A stretch of 64,000 nt of DNA from Hypanus sabinus. Taxonomy: Eukaryota. Below, in pieces: positions 62,041-64,000 of this stretch. The notes under the pieces are model-generated. The model saw only the letters and a program-made list of their open reading frames with translations. It ran no database searches and was not told the origin of the DNA. Position 1 is the first letter of the stretch; each line of letters opens with the position of its first letter. The stretch spans positions 8,618,001-8,682,000 of the forward strand of contig NC_082738.1 of NCBI RefSeq assembly GCF_030144855.1. The letters run 5' to 3'. The position numbers were made by a program, and so were the translations under genes.

Positions 62041-62244
62041 CAAAACAATGGCCGTCCCAAGAATGGCCACTCCTCTTGGACTTAAATAATTTTTATATAT
62101 CCTTTCTAATGAAGCCTTCTTGGTGATTGATCACTCCTCAACTCAGAGAAACTGCTAGAAAACTCTGCTTTTAAAATCTCGATTGCTGTCTTGATTCATT
62201 AGTAGCTCTTTTTACGCACCCCTGATGTGGATTGTCCAACTCAG

Positions 62245-62775
62245 AGCCAGCAGGGAGATTAGTGGGGTGGGACGAATGGACAAGGGGATCATGGAAGGAG
62301 TAATCCCTGTGGATAGTGAGAGAAGGGGCAGGTGGTTGGATCCCGTGGAAGATAGTGTAAGTTGCAGAGTATGATGTGTTGGATGTGGAGCCTCATGGAT
62401 TCAGAACAAGAGGAACTCTATCCCTGTTAAGGCAGTGGGAAGATGGGGTGATTGTAGATATTCAGGAAATGAAGGAGATGCAGGTGAGGGCAACGTCAAT
62501 TGTGCAGGAAGAGAAATCCCATTCTTTGATGAAGAAGGATATCTCTGATATCCTGGAAAACAAGCCTTATCTGAGAACAGATGTGGCGGAGACAAAGGAG
62601 CTAAGGAAAGGGAGTAGCATTTTCATAGGAGACAGGGTGCGAAGAGGTATATTCAAGATAGCCATGAAGACAGATCGAGAAAGGGGGAGAGAGGTGTTAA
62701 AAATGGACCAAGTGAATTTAAGGGCAGGGAGGAAGTTCGAGGCAAAGTTGATGAAATTGACAAGCTCAGCATCCT
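62245..62775 (-). mobile_element. Decayed Penelope-like ORF fragment
   Basis: Homologous to 52050-52350 (aggaactctatccctg encodes DRVP on the minus strand), with INFASNF-type RT thumb remnants. Confidence 0.65.
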
Positions 62776-64000
62776 TTGATATTGTTGAGGATGAGGACCA
62801 GTCCTGCCAGTGGCAGTGGAGGGGATCTGGTCGGGAGCAGAATGCAGAATAAACTGTAAAGTGTAACAGCTAAACAAAAAGTGCACTGTGGATAAACAAT
62901 AAGGTGCAAGATCATAATGAGATAGATTGTGAGGTCAGAGGTGTCATGTGGGACATAAATGAACCATGCTAATGAATATGCCCCACATGAATTTCCACTC
63001 GCCCTTTTCATCTCACTTATCGACTAAATCTTGTGTTCCTTTCTCCTTCAGAACTTTCTTGTTCATCCTTAGTGTTTCTGCTATTATGTCTCACTTGTTT
63101 TTTATGGCAGCTTAACCACACTATGGGCAAAAAGATACCTTCTGAACAGCCTATTTAATTTCAAGATTCATTTATTCGTTATGTGCCGTATTCTATGATA
63201 TGGGTAATCATGATCTTTCCATGACCGTGGTTGTTCTTGAGAAATTTTTCTACAGCTCACTCTTCAGAGGTTGTCTGCCTCACGGCAGTGGTCGCATAAA
63301 CAGGCCTTGTGGATCTGCAGCAGCTGCTCACATGACCACCCACCACCTGCTCCCGTGGCTTCATGTGACCCTGATCGGGGTGGGGGGAGAGGCTAAGCAG
63401 GTGCTACACCTTTGCCCAAATATGACCTTCAGTCCAGCGAAGGGAAGGAGTGCCTTATACCTCCTTTGGTAGAACGTATCTGTATCCTGCCACCCAGATT
63501 TCAAGGCATTATTCCATCATGTTCTTTTATCAGATGCAGAGAGAGATGATGAGCACTAAAGGTTATGTTTTGCAAAGTAGCTTCAGTATCTGTTTTCACA
63601 CTGATATTTAGTTTATTCTAACCACCTTGTTTTGTTCTAAAGCAGTAGTCCTGTCAAATTCTCAGCATGTGCTACCTGCCACAGCTGAGGCTTATTGATT
63701 GAATCAAATGACAGGAGCTTGATCTCATTTTCAAGTTTATGAAGCTGAGCAGTGCCAGGAGAAGGCAAGTGCAAACATTGCTTTGCTAGATGGGATTTGT
63801 TTGATCATAGTCTTCCAAGATCTACTGTGGTGAATGCCCAGGAGATGGGCAAGTGAACAAACTTGGGAACATTTTGGATTGCAACCTGAAACCTGAAGGC
63901 AGATGCTTGTAAACATTGATCAAGGAAAAATGTCAACTTTGGAGATGCAGAGCTTGTAACCTTGTGAAGACTGATGCAAACTGCAGCTTGTCCTTAATGT

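Noticed and set aside
62376-62852. 158-aa plus-strand ORF
   Set aside because: It is the antisense reading of a decayed Penelope-like fragment.
1-64000. CRISPR arrays, tRNA/rRNA genes or prokaryotic operons
   Set aside because: There is no repeat-spacer periodicity and there are no intact structural RNA genes. The tRNA-like bits are SINE heads.

Overview
Eukaryotic vertebrate genomic DNA. The repeat landscape (CR1, Penelope-like, V-SINE, Rex1/Babar, Tx1, Tc1) suggests a cartilaginous fish, probably a ray; this is an inference. The window lies inside one + strand gene, MRC2 (Endo180/uPARAP, C-type mannose receptor 2). Ten GT-AG exons (1532 nt, about 510 codons, equivalent to mammalian exons 3-12) splice into one uninterrupted frame encoding FnII, CTLD1, CTLD2, CTLD3 and the start of CTLD4. 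The signal-peptide and ricin exons and the downstream exons were not found here. The introns are filled with decayed transposable elements, which account for almost all ORFs in the supplied track. I found no convincing new multi-gene system. The best leads are: (1) CTLD2, the sugar-binding domain in mammals, has WND changed to WKD plus three extra cysteines; (2) a near-perfect 75-bp-arm intronic fold-back; (3) a pseudoknot-forming RNA cassette nested in a solo LTR; (4) a sense solo LTR with TATA box, perfect splice donor and polyA signal upstream of the FnII exon; (5) two CR1 copies sharing a frameshift, suggesting DNA-level copying; (6) several Penelope hammerhead ribozyme relics. Repeat-family names and comparisons with human MRC2 come from recalled sequences, not from searches.
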